Of a stretch of DNA of 64,000 nucleotides, positions 1-9,334 are shown in pieces. Numbering within the stretch: position 1 is the first letter of the stretch; the number at the start of each line of letters is the position of its first letter. The position numbers and the translations under genes were made by a program. The notes under the pieces are model-generated. The model did no database searches. It had not been told where the DNA came from and worked only from the letters and a program-made list of their open reading frames with translations. The DNA comes from a virus: positions 1 through 64,000 of IMG/VR virus record IMGVR_UViG_3300019487_000001; one strand, written 5' to 3'.

Positions 1-78
1 GCTTCCCTTGAACTCAAGCCGCACGTAACATAAATCAGGCTTGACAGTCAGGAACGGATTCGCTTGTCTTGCCGCCAT
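1..78 (-). CDS. hypothetical protein, N-terminal fragment running off the left edge
   Basis: ATG at 78-76 preceded by GGAG. Reads MAARQANPFLTVKPDLCYVRLEFKG.. to the window edge. Too short for the ORF track. Confidence 0.3.
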   Translation of the reverse strand, partial: MAARQANPFLTVKPDLCYVRLEFKGS

Positions 79-92
79 ACGAGTCTCCGAAG

Positions 93-1055
93 TTAGAGCA
101 ACTTGATAGCTGCCGGTACTTTACATTTATCAAAATCTTTTCCCATAGTCAAGCGCAGTTTTCTATAATCACGCACTACATCGACGAACTTACGATGGGT
201 AGTGACAGACCTACCCAATTCCCCGGTAGCATAGGGGCAACCGGTCAAGGTTCCATTGGGCCATACGCTAAGTAAATTGATTCCCTCGCCGCAGGGGTTC
301 TTAACACGCCCGTTATCCCTACAGGATGTTAGACATCCATCAATAGAAACACGGTCTTGGGGCATGATACTTGTGAGCTTCTTCATGGATTCTAAGCTAC
401 TACCTTTGTACTCCCTACCTAATGGCGGCTTCTCCATAACTACATACATGTGATGAAAGAGCGGACCTCGGCCATATAACCTCTCGAGCCTCATGAACTC
501 AGAGATCCACGAGGGATCAAAGTCTTTGTTAGCTAAGACATTCAGGTTGATGAGAGGCTTAAACCCCGAAGTCCAGACGGGCAATGATTTGAGATCGTTT
601 ATAACCTGTGGTATATAATCCAGAGTCTTATAGCTGTCAATGCTCAGAGATAGAATAGTCGGATTAGCTACAATGATGTCATCGATGTAATCACGCCAGC
701 TACCAATGGATACCGTGACATTAAGATCAGTGTCTGTTCGTTCAAATTGATGTTCATTAAGACTGCGCAGGATACTTCTAGTCCTTAAGTCTCCCATCGA
801 TCCCAGCTCATTTGTATTAACCGAGATCGAGACTTGGTTACAAAGGACCTGGTCTTCGGTCAAGCACTGTTTTATCCAGTCGCGCATCCAAACGATAGAG
901 GATAGCTCCGGTGTCTGGGATTTCTTTTCAAAGGAAGTAAGATAGCAGGTGGGACAACCTACGTTACACTTAAAAGTCGGATTGAATATGACATGGTTAA
1001 CCGTCACATACTCGGAATTGTTTATGTTGATCAGATGTGTCATAAGGGTTTGCAA
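93..1055 (-). CDS. radical SAM enzyme with Cys-rich C-terminal (SPASM/twitch-like) region
   Basis: FNPTFKCNVGCPTCY carries the CX3CX2C radical-SAM cluster motif near the N-terminus. C-terminal cysteine cluster CLTSCRDNGRVKNPCGEG..GCPY. Confidence 0.8.
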   Translation of the reverse strand: MQTLMTHLININNSEYVTVNHVIFNPTFKCNVGCPTCYLTSFEKKSQTPELSSIVWMRDWIKQCLTEDQVLCNQVSISVNTNELGSMGDLRTRSILRSLNEHQFERTDTDLNVTVSIGSWRDYIDDIIVANPTILSLSIDSYKTLDYIPQVINDLKSLPVWTSGFKPLINLNVLANKDFDPSWISEFMRLERLYGRGPLFHHMYVVMEKPPLGREYKGSSLESMKKLTSIMPQDRVSIDGCLTSCRDNGRVKNPCGEGINLLSVWPNGTLTGCPYATGELGRSVTTHRKFVDVVRDYRKLRLTMGKDFDKCKVPAAIKLL

Positions 1056-1111
1056 AACTTCCTTTTAACATCCCCTATGAGAGCCAGACTATTCTTCTCT
1101 TAGGAGAAAGT

Positions 1112-1142
1112 AAAAAGAAAGGGGACAGCTTCCGCTGTCCCC
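1112..1142 (-). terminator. intrinsic terminator
   Basis: 9-bp GC stem ggggacagc/gctgtcccc (1121-1142), loop ttcc. The A-run 1112-1120 on the plus strand gives a U-run after the hairpin on the minus strand. Confidence 0.6.
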
Positions 1143-1361
1143 CTCTAAGGTCGTCTTTTAGCTAGCAGTAATAATACCGTCTAGTAAAAACACAAACTAT
1201 CTGGTACCCCTACCTAAGCAAACCCCTATCTCAGATAGGAAAAAGCAAGATAACTTAGCTTTAGCTCCCTGCCACTTAGGACAACCACAATCGTCTTGTT
1301 AGTCGCACCAAAAATTAACATCAACAAAACCAGTACTTTAAGAAGGCACAAAATGCAATAT

Positions 1362-1562
1362 TTAGTCGCCGTTCTCTAAGTGCTGGTAGTCAGGCAAGGG
1401 AAGACAGTTATCACCAGTGATTTTGGTATCAATTACATCGTTGCCACGCTGGAACACCTGCAACATCTTGTTGCATTGGCCATTGTCAGCGATGTTATGG
1501 GTCTCCCATTCAGTCTCGCCTGTCTTGGGATTAATAATGATTTCAATTTCTGCTACCGGCAT
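1362..1562 (-). CDS. DUF2997-like small protein
   Basis: 66 aa with EIEIIINPKTGETEWET..NGQC pattern typical of DUF2997. Lies in the same cluster as the DUF1257 and AAA+ genes. Confidence 0.5.
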   Translation of the reverse strand: MPVAEIEIIINPKTGETEWETHNIADNGQCNKMLQVFQRGNDVIDTKITGDNCLPLPDYQHLENGD

Positions 1563-1637
1563 GTTAGCCTCCTTGTTTTTCTATCAGAAATAATGGCAGT
1601 TTTTAATAGAATAGAACTGCCAAACTATTAGATTCGA

Positions 1638-2390
1638 CTACGGGAACGTTAACAATCTGAGGTACAGCGTAGAACCTTCAAACTGAGCGTAAGCCAATTG
1701 CTTAAGGCTCAACCAGAAAGATTCATTTGCTTCACCATCGAGGACTACGTACGTACCGTCCTGTCCATTGGTCTCACACTTATCAGCGTCACCATCGAAC
1801 GGACCGGAAAAGACCTTAGCTTCATCACTGAAACGCTTAGCGTAACGAACCGGTGAAGTTGAGATCTGCACGCAAGTCGTACCGGAAGTCGGTAGAGCAA
1901 ACGTCGTCAGAACCACACCAGCGGGACCCTGTGGTCCAGTCGGGCCTTGCGGGCCGGTTGGGCCGGTTGGGCCTTGGGGACCAGTTGCACCAGTCTCACC
2001 CTGTTCACCCTGGGGACCCTGTTCACCAGCTGGTCCTTGTTCTCCAGCCGGACCTTGTTCGCCCGGTGCACCGTTCTCACCAGCGGGGCCTTGCTCACCA
2101 GGAGCGCCCGGTTCGCCAGCAGGACCTTGAGGTCCAGGTTCACCGTCGAGGATGTCACCGGAGGTGCCATCTTCGCATTCAATGTGAACGCTGGCCGTAT
2201 AAGCCAATTCACCTTGAAGCGGGGTTACGGTACAACTAGTACCATCTTTGCCGTTTGCTCCGTCCAGACCATCCTGGGGACCAGTGGTCTGAGCGAAAAA
2301 TGGAGCGCCGAAGGGCAAGTCATCGGCACAACCTTGAGCTAGCACGCACACAGCGGCTAACACCAAGCTCAGTAAAACGTTCTTTTTCAT
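1638..2390 (-). CDS. collagen-like triple-helix repeat lipoprotein
   Basis: Signal peptide with lipobox-like LAQGC. About 26 uninterrupted G-X-Y triplets ([22 protein letters not shown]...GPQGPAG). Confidence 0.9.
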   Translation of the reverse strand: MKKNVLLSLVLAAVCVLAQGCADDLPFGAPFFAQTTGPQDGLDGANGKDGTSCTVTPLQGELAYTASVHIECEDGTSGDILDGEPGPQGPAGEPGAPGEQGPAGENGAPGEQGPAGEQGPAGEQGPQGEQGETGATGPQGPTGPTGPQGPTGPQGPAGVVLTTFALPTSGTTCVQISTSPVRYAKRFSDEAKVFSGPFDGDADKCETNGQDGTYVVLDGEANESFWLSLKQLAYAQFEGSTLYLRLLTFP

Positions 2391-2439
2391 CTCTATTCTC
2401 CTGCTACGGGTTAAGGTTTGGGGACAACACTAAAACTTA

Positions 2440-2844
2440 TTATTCTTCGGAATACAATGCACGAGCTCTCATGCGAATCAAACCATCTGCTCCAACTTCA
2501 GCTTTCTCATTCTCGTAAATGTAGAAGCTCTGTTCTTCCACCTTGGCAAAAGCTTCAGAGACCAGATAGTTCTTAGTCAATTCCGACTTGAACTTCTCAG
2601 GCTGCTTTACCACGGCGTGCTGAGAATAGTAATGATCCCCGACGATGGAGATCGTACCATCCTCTTCTTGTCTCAGGCCAACATGACCGTCGATACTGAT
2701 ATCAACGCGACCACCTTCTGAATCATCATAGGCGCGAGAGATTTTACCACCCTCTTTATACTCAGTAATACCCATGCGTTTCAGGGCACTCTTCATATAG
2801 TCCATGTTGTTCAGCTTGGTCTTTGTTTTTGTCCAGTGTGACAT
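2440..2844 (-). CDS. DUF1257 (Ycf35-like) protein
   Basis: N-terminus MSHWTKTKTKLNNMDYMKSALKRMGI matches the characteristic MSHF..IKT...L..AL..LG start of DUF1257. Confidence 0.65.
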   Translation of the reverse strand: MSHWTKTKTKLNNMDYMKSALKRMGITEYKEGGKISRAYDDSEGGRVDISIDGHVGLRQEEDGTISIVGDHYYSQHAVVKQPEKFKSELTKNYLVSEAFAKVEEQSFYIYENEKAEVGADGLIRMRARALYSEE

Positions 2845-2856
2845 GTTATTCTCCTC

Positions 2857-4662
2857 TTAATGAGACGACTTTTTATTTGTCTCTTTTGGTTTCAACTCAA
2901 TTGAACCTAAATCTTTTTCAATATCTTCAAGACTCATTGTAGCTCCTGAGTCTGTCTTGATAATTTGCTTACCCAAACCGGCTTCAGCTGCCGCTGAGCT
3001 AGAAGCATATACGAACCTACCTCGTGCAGAAGTTCTGAGCTCCTGAACTTTTTCACCCATAACCTTATAGAGAGGCTTTGTTTCCGCGATAGCATTCTCT
3101 AAATGCTGCTGTGTAAGTTCTTTCGCTCCTCCTGCAAAGGCTGCCACAAGCGCTGCCTTAACACACTTCTCGATCTCTGCACCGGTATAATACTGAGACC
3201 TCAGAGTTAATTTGTCAAGATCATATTTCTTAGGATCACGACCAGGGTGACCTTCTCTAGGCTTAGAGATATGGATTCTCCATATTTCATGTCGTTCCCC
3301 TTCTGTGGGAATATCCATGAAGAATGTTTCCGAGAACCTACGAATAAACTCCGGAGGTAACAACGAGAAATCATTAGCTGTTGCAATAACCGGAACTTCG
3401 GTTTGCTTTTCCTGCATCCAGGTTAAAAGGGTACCAAAGACTCTGGCCAAGGTACCTGAGTCTGATTGGTGGGAAGACTTAACGCCACCCACGGCTTTCT
3501 CGACTTCATCAATCCAGAGGATTGCAGGGCTCATGGCTTCGGCTGACTGGATGGCTCGTCTCATACCTTCTTCGGATCCACCAACGAGGCCAGTCATGAC
3601 CTTACCAATGTCCAGACGCAGAAGCGGCAACTTCCAGAGGCTAGCTAGCGCCTTAGCAAAAAGCGATTTACCGACACCTGGAACACCGGTAAGCAGGAAG
3701 CCAGTTGGAGCTTCAACACCAAACTTCTTAGCTTCATCACTGAACGCCTTAGAATATCTAAGGAAATAATCCTTGGCGATATCCATACCGCCAATGTCTT
3801 CGAGTTTGACACCAGCCTGAACACACTCGAGGATCGCAGTCTTTTTAACGAGCTGTTCTTTCTCTTTACGAATGTAGTCAGGGAGCACCCGGGTATTACG
3901 TATGAATGATGTTGCCAAGGCGTTATTCAGTTCCGGTACGGTCAACCCTTGAGCTGCGCGAGTGATCTCGTAGATCTCGTCTTCAGTGTAAAGAGTGTTG
4001 ATCTTAGAGAACGCTGAATCCTTGCCTTCTTCTTCAATCTTTTCTCGGATACTACAGGCAATGATCTCTGTTTGTTCCAACGTGATCTGTCTTAGGGTCG
4101 CACGATCCGGAAGATTATAATGTACGAGAACGATATCTTTTTCCAGTTCTTCCGGTAGCCCAGCGCCCTTGGCACCAATCGTTGGTGCAGTAATGATGAT
4201 GGTCTTAAGTGAGTTACAAAGATCATCGATCATATCCCTAATCTGTCGGACAACGGGCGGGACAAAGAGCTGATGGAAGTCCTGCAGAATGAAGGCAACA
4301 CCATTCTGATTCTTTTCTTTAGCAGCACGGACCGCCTTAATAGCGTTCAGAGCCTTGTCGGGTCTCGCGGTACCAGCCATCGGGTCATCCCCGCTATCAG
4401 GAACGCGGACTGCCTTCTTGCGGTTCTCGAAGGTCATAAGACCGAGGTTACTGGTCCAGCAAAAGACACCATAGGAAACACCTGGGTCGTCGGCTACACT
4501 AGACTTAAACTCGTTAATGAACCGGGTCTCTTCGTGGGTTACCACGTAAATGATAGGAGTACGGGCTTTAACCAGTGCTCGAATTTCTTCCATCGATTTA
4601 GACATATGCGCGGTTGGTAATACTGGAGCTGTCTGTTCTTTAACCTCGGACTTGCTGGCCAT
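2857..4662 (-). CDS. AAA+ ATPase (Ycf46-like architecture)
   Basis: Walker A GVPGVGKS, Walker B ILWIDEVEK, C-terminal AAA lid. Long N-terminal domain, 601 aa. Confidence 0.85.
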   Translation of the reverse strand: MASKSEVKEQTAPVLPTAHMSKSMEEIRALVKARTPIIYVVTHEETRFINEFKSSVADDPGVSYGVFCWTSNLGLMTFENRKKAVRVPDSGDDPMAGTARPDKALNAIKAVRAAKEKNQNGVAFILQDFHQLFVPPVVRQIRDMIDDLCNSLKTIIITAPTIGAKGAGLPEELEKDIVLVHYNLPDRATLRQITLEQTEIIACSIREKIEEEGKDSAFSKINTLYTEDEIYEITRAAQGLTVPELNNALATSFIRNTRVLPDYIRKEKEQLVKKTAILECVQAGVKLEDIGGMDIAKDYFLRYSKAFSDEAKKFGVEAPTGFLLTGVPGVGKSLFAKALASLWKLPLLRLDIGKVMTGLVGGSEEGMRRAIQSAEAMSPAILWIDEVEKAVGGVKSSHQSDSGTLARVFGTLLTWMQEKQTEVPVIATANDFSLLPPEFIRRFSETFFMDIPTEGERHEIWRIHISKPREGHPGRDPKKYDLDKLTLRSQYYTGAEIEKCVKAALVAAFAGGAKELTQQHLENAIAETKPLYKVMGEKVQELRTSARGRFVYASSSAAAEAGLGKQIIKTDSGATMSLEDIEKDLGSIELKPKETNKKSSH

Positions 4663-4682
4663 AACGCGTTCTCCTTAAAGGG

Positions 4683-5261
4683 TTACTTGATCTCTTTTTT
4701 AACAATCCTGGCTTCTTCAGCGCCTAACAAAACCATTGCACCTAGGACAGCCATAATTTCTTCAAACGTATATTCATTAGGATTCGTGCCGGGCTTGTCT
4801 CCGGCATATACGTGATAGGTTTCATTCCGACCTTTCAACTTCAAATACTTCCCATCACCATCCCAGGATTCCCGCAACTTAACTAGCTCATTAATTTTGA
4901 GCAGATCCTTTAACTGTTCTCTTTGAAACTGGTCTTTACATTCCTCAACATAAGCTAGAAAGGCAGCCCTGAAATCTTTGATGGCCTCAATTGCTTTGAA
5001 CTTCTCTTCAATGTCCATCTTAGATGGAAGCTTAAGTTCTAGCAGGCGTTTGTTAACACCCTGGAGATTCGATTTGAAACTGTAGATCTTCTCGTTCGCA
5101 GATTCTCCTACTACAATCATGAACGGGTGGATCTCAATACGATAAGACCCTATGTCTCTAATGGAATAATCCTTACGACTAAAGCCAGACATCTCGAGAG
5201 CCTTATCTATTGCCTCGCTATCTGATTTAGATAAGTGATTACCATAAACATAAACAAACAT
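4683..5261 (-). CDS. hypothetical protein
   Basis: 192-aa ORF, stop/start-coupled with neighbours. No family recognised. Confidence 0.6.
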   Translation of the reverse strand: MFVYVYGNHLSKSDSEAIDKALEMSGFSRKDYSIRDIGSYRIEIHPFMIVVGESANEKIYSFKSNLQGVNKRLLELKLPSKMDIEEKFKAIEAIKDFRAAFLAYVEECKDQFQREQLKDLLKINELVKLRESWDGDGKYLKLKGRNETYHVYAGDKPGTNPNEYTFEEIMAVLGAMVLLGAEEARIVKKEIK

Positions 5262-5827
5262 TAGTTCAAATCTTCCTTTTTGCCAGTGGGCTTGTCACCC
5301 TTAGAGGCATCGTGTTCACTCCAAGCTTTACGGAGCGTGTCTTCGGGTATGCCAGTCAAGGTAGAGATAGCTTTGATGTCATTTTCTTTTGACTGAGCTA
5401 CCGCAAGATCCACTTCTACATCAGTCATCGGAATCTCCGTAACCTCAATAGAGAGATTATGCTTACGCATAAACTGATTAAGAGTATACGCTGTTGCCAT
5501 CATGAATGTCGAGTGTGTTCTTAACATTGCTTGATGTAGCAAGAAGTATGCCATGTGTGGGCCTACCAACTGAACGGAGGCGCTTGCCATAACAGAACTC
5601 ATGAGCGGAACGATCTTGCGACGGATATTATTATCAGCGTTCTGCAGCTTCTCTTCCGTCATTTGATCACCGATGTACTCGGCCACCTTGGTAGCGATCT
5701 CGTCCGCTTCGATCTCTTCCTTCTCCTGAGTCTGTTCATTGACGCGGAAGAACTTAACAATGACATTCACTTTGCGCTGAACGTCGACAGTTCCAAGCTT
5801 AGCTATATTCTCTTTGGTCGGTTCCAT
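5261..5827 (-). CDS. hypothetical protein
   Basis: 188-aa ORF, start abuts the downstream gene. No family recognised. Confidence 0.6.
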   Translation of the reverse strand: MEPTKENIAKLGTVDVQRKVNVIVKFFRVNEQTQEKEEIEADEIATKVAEYIGDQMTEEKLQNADNNIRRKIVPLMSSVMASASVQLVGPHMAYFLLHQAMLRTHSTFMMATAYTLNQFMRKHNLSIEVTEIPMTDVEVDLAVAQSKENDIKAISTLTGIPEDTLRKAWSEHDASKGDKPTGKKEDLN

Positions 5828-5847
5828 GCGAGGTCTCCTACTCTGGG

Positions 5848-6357
5848 TTATAATTTAGACAATGCTTTCGCAAGAATTTGTTTAACAACTTTGCGAAGCT
5901 TTCTTTGTTCTCTATATATAGAGGGCAAAGCTACGATGTACACAGGTCGATCGTGCGTATTGAAAGAGTTCAGTGTATCCCATAACGACGCCCTCTCTCT
6001 TGAGAACTCTTTGTCATTAAGGATCATATGAAGCTTAAGATTAGCCATGAAGTCATCTATGTAAATAAAGATAGGTCTCTGATGTGCAGACAGGAAACTA
6101 GCGAAATAAGACAGGACCTTATAGAGAACATGATAGGTGATCAGACCTCGACGGGTATGGAAGGTCTCCTCCATGACAAATGGTTCATCGAACGTTGGGT
6201 CATCTATCGTTGCAACAAATGCTCCGAGTCTGCTCTTCTGATCAAGGGCGGTAGCCAGACGTACCACTATACATCCATTCTTTTTAGCTTTACTGGGAGA
6301 CAGTGCTACCGGGGACCACACCGCCAGGCGTAGTCTTTGCAACAACATATTAACCAT
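5848..6357 (-). CDS. hypothetical protein
   Basis: 169-aa co-directional ORF. No family recognised. Confidence 0.5.
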   Translation of the reverse strand: MVNMLLQRLRLAVWSPVALSPSKAKKNGCIVVRLATALDQKSRLGAFVATIDDPTFDEPFVMEETFHTRRGLITYHVLYKVLSYFASFLSAHQRPIFIYIDDFMANLKLHMILNDKEFSRERASLWDTLNSFNTHDRPVYIVALPSIYREQRKLRKVVKQILAKALSKL

Positions 6358-6364
6358 GGGCCTA

Positions 6365-6844
6365 TTACCAACCTAGAAGTTTACTGATAGATGCTTCAAA
6401 AAGATTATTGATAACCCGAGTCTCAGCGAGATCTGTGAAGAGCGAGACATGCGTATTTTTCTCAGGCTCGGATTGGTTCTTGATTGTGAAAGACCAGAGG
6501 TACGATTTACCATCCTGGCCCAATGCAAGCTTAAGTGAAGAGTAGTGTTCCTTGGCTCTCTCCGTCCCCGCGAACTTCGCGTGAAGCAAATTGGCTTCGC
6601 CGTCTTTGAATCCCTGGAGGAGCTTCCCAATGTCGTTCACATTGAGAGCGATCGTAGCCTTCTTGCTCCAGTCATACTGACGCGCACCTGTAGCATTGGC
6701 TGCCTCGATAAAGATCTTTCCCTCTTCCATCACCGGGATCTTACCTTCGGCGACTTCACGAGGAAGCTGAGCGGGCTTAAGGTTAAACTGCATTGCACCT
6801 TTACCCTTATAGACTGCGTATGTTGCTGGACGAAACTTATTCAT
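6365..6844 (-). CDS. Whirly-family single-stranded DNA-binding protein
   Basis: Aligns by eye along its length with plant Whirly/p24. VYKGKGAMQFNLKP matches IYKGKAALTVEPR. ARQYDWSKKATIALNVNDIGKLL matches VRQYDWSRKQVFSLSVTEIGSII. C-terminal ..LLGW is as in Whirly. Confidence 0.8.
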   Translation of the reverse strand: MNKFRPATYAVYKGKGAMQFNLKPAQLPREVAEGKIPVMEEGKIFIEAANATGARQYDWSKKATIALNVNDIGKLLQGFKDGEANLLHAKFAGTERAKEHYSSLKLALGQDGKSYLWSFTIKNQSEPEKNTHVSLFTDLAETRVINNLFEASISKLLGW

Positions 6845-7134
6845 TATCTGGTCTCCTTATTCGTAGTGTTATCCAGATCGGCTAGTGCAATCTGGGTTTG
6901 CAAACCATTCAAAATCATGGTGTCCCCAAAGGCCACCGTTTCCTTATTGAGATAATACTTCTGAGTTAAATCGTCTATGGACGGAAGCTGTGTGTAGCCT
7001 TGAATAGACATACCGATATCGATGAAGAGCTGGGCAAGAATATACACAGACTCAAAGCGAGTCATGTGTGCTCCATTGATAGTCTCAAGCATCTGGTCTC
7101 GGACCTTGATGCATTTCTTTTTATCTATTGGCAT
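6844..7134 (-). CDS. hypothetical protein
   Basis: 96-aa ORF, start overlaps the downstream gene boundary. Confidence 0.55.
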   Translation of the reverse strand: MPIDKKKCIKVRDQMLETINGAHMTRFESVYILAQLFIDIGMSIQGYTQLPSIDDLTQKYYLNKETVAFGDTMILNGLQTQIALADLDNTTNKETR

Positions 7135-7148
7135 TATAATATCTCCTA

Positions 7149-7472
7149 CTAATCAGTTAATGCTTTGAATCTACCTCGGGGCCAGTTGAAGTCTTTAAAC
7201 TTCACACCTTCCCAAATCCTAACTTCTTTAAAGGGTTCAAATCCGTACTCGTTCAATACATATAAGTGGTCGACTAAACTATTCTTAGCAGGAAGCTCGT
7301 CAGTAGTAGTGAAGACTTGCGGGCGCAACTGTTTCGGATCAGCAAAGTGTTCAGGATACCACTTCCCTTCGTCCTTGTGCCACCAGTATACAGTCTTATG
7401 TTTACGGGGACCCGCTCCAGAAGACGATCTACCGTAAGCATCATGCGTGGTATCGGCCATACTGAAAATCAC
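7149..7472 (-). CDS. hypothetical protein with C-terminal RFxxL motif
   Basis: 107-aa ORF ending ..PRGRFKALTD. Confidence 0.55.
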   Translation of the reverse strand: MIFSMADTTHDAYGRSSSGAGPRKHKTVYWWHKDEGKWYPEHFADPKQLRPQVFTTTDELPAKNSLVDHLYVLNEYGFEPFKEVRIWEGVKFKDFNWPRGRFKALTD

Positions 7473-7509
7473 ATACGTCAGTACAACAAAACCTCAACCT
7501 TCTCTGTAC

Positions 7510-8037
7510 TCACGCTCGTAAAACGCGCCCATCATCTCCATCTACTCTCCACTTATAGATGCCCGTATCTGTGATCACTACATCTACCGGTCCGTACCAT
7601 ATGTAATTCATTGTTGCAGATGAGATCATCTGACACGAGAAGCCGATCGCTATTTTTGTTGCCTGAGGATTAGCATTGAATAGAGCAGAGTAGAATGGAC
7701 CCACCTTCCGAAAATTCTCGATGTCGGGATAAGCTATGTAACCATTCGGTGTGAACGCTGCTGCAGAGACCAAGATAACATCGAGTTTACCTTGGGGCTT
7801 AGTTGCTCTTCGATTGTTTTGTGGTACCCAGAGCTTCTCCGGCCAGAGGGCCTTAGAGAAGGCAAGAGATGGCTTGCGTATTGGTGGGTTGCATTCGTCA
7901 GTATAATAGGATACTACGTCTGCGGATTGGAACTCATGATTTCTACAAAGAAAGTCATTGATGTGGTGGCTCTGTTGTGCTACGTAACTGTCGGTTAAAC
8001 GCTGGGCCGCTTCTACTTCAACGCTTATTGACTGCAT
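7510..8037 (-). CDS. hypothetical protein
   Basis: 175-aa ORF. No family recognised. Confidence 0.55.
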   Translation of the reverse strand: MQSISVEVEAAQRLTDSYVAQQSHHINDFLCRNHEFQSADVVSYYTDECNPPIRKPSLAFSKALWPEKLWVPQNNRRATKPQGKLDVILVSAAAFTPNGYIAYPDIENFRKVGPFYSALFNANPQATKIAIGFSCQMISSATMNYIWYGPVDVVITDTGIYKWRVDGDDGRVLRA

Positions 8038-8112
8038 GACACGATCTCCTAATGGTTAGAGTGTCAAGGTAACAAGACGATCATAACCACTAGAGTGTCA
8101 TAGTGTCAAGTT

Positions 8113-8811
8113 TCAAATAAGACTATTAAAACGAGACTTAGGTCTACTTCTAACCTGAGCATCGTCAACCCGGAACCACCTATATATCTGCACCACCGCC
8201 GCCTCACCCAGTATCTCTACCACCTGGGCAGTGGTGAGAAAGCGGAACTTCTTTTCAGTAACCAGTTCCTGAATTTTGAGAGTTGGAGTACCAGCTACAC
8301 CCCACTTACCCTTAGCCAGATTTTGACTACTGTCGGAGTGCCACTTCATATAGTCTGAGAGTATAGGATTAGCTAGAGCAAACCCATTGGTATCAACTTT
8401 CTTGTATCCATCTACAAACGCAGCTGGAATAGGGAAAGCATATAGGTAGGCTTGAATACCCTTACTTTGGGTCTTGCTTTCGTTGTATATGAATCCGAGA
8501 GTCTTAGACTCGGAGGCTTCTTGGTTTAACCTGTCCATGTAGTTCTCGAAACTGATAACGAACTCTCTAGCAGAGAGTAACTCGTCATTAGCAAAGAACT
8601 TTTCATAGGTCACAGGTCCGAAGATATTTTTACCCATGAAGTTAGAAGCGAACTTATTAAGATCAAACTTCCAGCCTTGGGGACTACCCACGTAATGACC
8701 ATCACCATGGACCGGTTCGGGTCCAACAACGTAAGCGATCTGTTTGTTTGGATCTATGTAGTACTGAGCCTGCTTGGGATCAATCCATCTGGCTAGGGGG
8801 TCAATGAACAT
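8113..8811 (-). CDS. hypothetical protein with C-terminal RFxxL motif
   Basis: 232-aa ORF ending ..RPKSRFNSLI. Confidence 0.6.
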   Translation of the reverse strand: MFIDPLARWIDPKQAQYYIDPNKQIAYVVGPEPVHGDGHYVGSPQGWKFDLNKFASNFMGKNIFGPVTYEKFFANDELLSAREFVISFENYMDRLNQEASESKTLGFIYNESKTQSKGIQAYLYAFPIPAAFVDGYKKVDTNGFALANPILSDYMKWHSDSSQNLAKGKWGVAGTPTLKIQELVTEKKFRFLTTAQVVEILGEAAVVQIYRWFRVDDAQVRSRPKSRFNSLI

Positions 8812-8816
8812 ACTAT

Positions 8817-9332
8817 TTACCTTTGATTGGGGTTTTGTTTTGGCAAATTTTGTTTGACATTATTCGGAAACACATCTTTCAGTGTGGACTTATTATGTCC
8901 GCCAAACGGTCTATTGCCTTTGTAGTTCGGAGAGGGCTTACGATCTTTCCATTTAGGCTTAGGATAATAGGTGGGCTTACGATCTTCAGGAGCTACGTAT
9001 TCGTACCGTTGTCTTTGGACAACTGGTTTAACTTCTACTTGAATCTTATCGAGACCAAGCTTCTTAGCACAGAGCGGGCAGACTCGAATCTCTTTGGCAA
9101 TCTCCCAACCATTAGATATCTTCTTCATCATCTTAGCATTCTTGCCTCTGTTCTTAACTTCCTTCTTAATGATCTTGGTTTTGCCACCGCCGATGAAGAT
9201 CTTCTTGGTTATAATACGAGGCCGCTTGACCATATTCTCATAGGTCTTCTCCCTCTTCTCAGCGATCATAGTGATCATAGAGGTACCGGGCTTCGTAATA
9301 TATTTACAACCTACATTCTGGCACTGGTACAT
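8817..9332 (-). CDS. highly basic zinc-ribbon-like protein
   Basis: CQNVGC near the N-terminus and CPLC further on. Lys/Arg-rich throughout. The antisense plus-strand ORF 8823..9338 is judged spurious. Confidence 0.5.
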   Translation of the reverse strand: MYQCQNVGCKYITKPGTSMITMIAEKREKTYENMVKRPRIITKKIFIGGGKTKIIKKEVKNRGKNAKMMKKISNGWEIAKEIRVCPLCAKKLGLDKIQVEVKPVVQRQRYEYVAPEDRKPTYYPKPKWKDRKPSPNYKGNRPFGGHNKSTLKDVFPNNVKQNLPKQNPNQR

Positions 9333-9334
9333 GT

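Noticed and set aside
1853-2342. Plus-strand and alternative-frame ORFs across the collagen-like repeat (1853..2239, 1907..2212, 1947..2342)
   Set aside because: These are reading-frame echoes of the GC-rich GXY repeat. Only the minus-strand frame with a signal peptide and uninterrupted Gly-X-Y is coherent.
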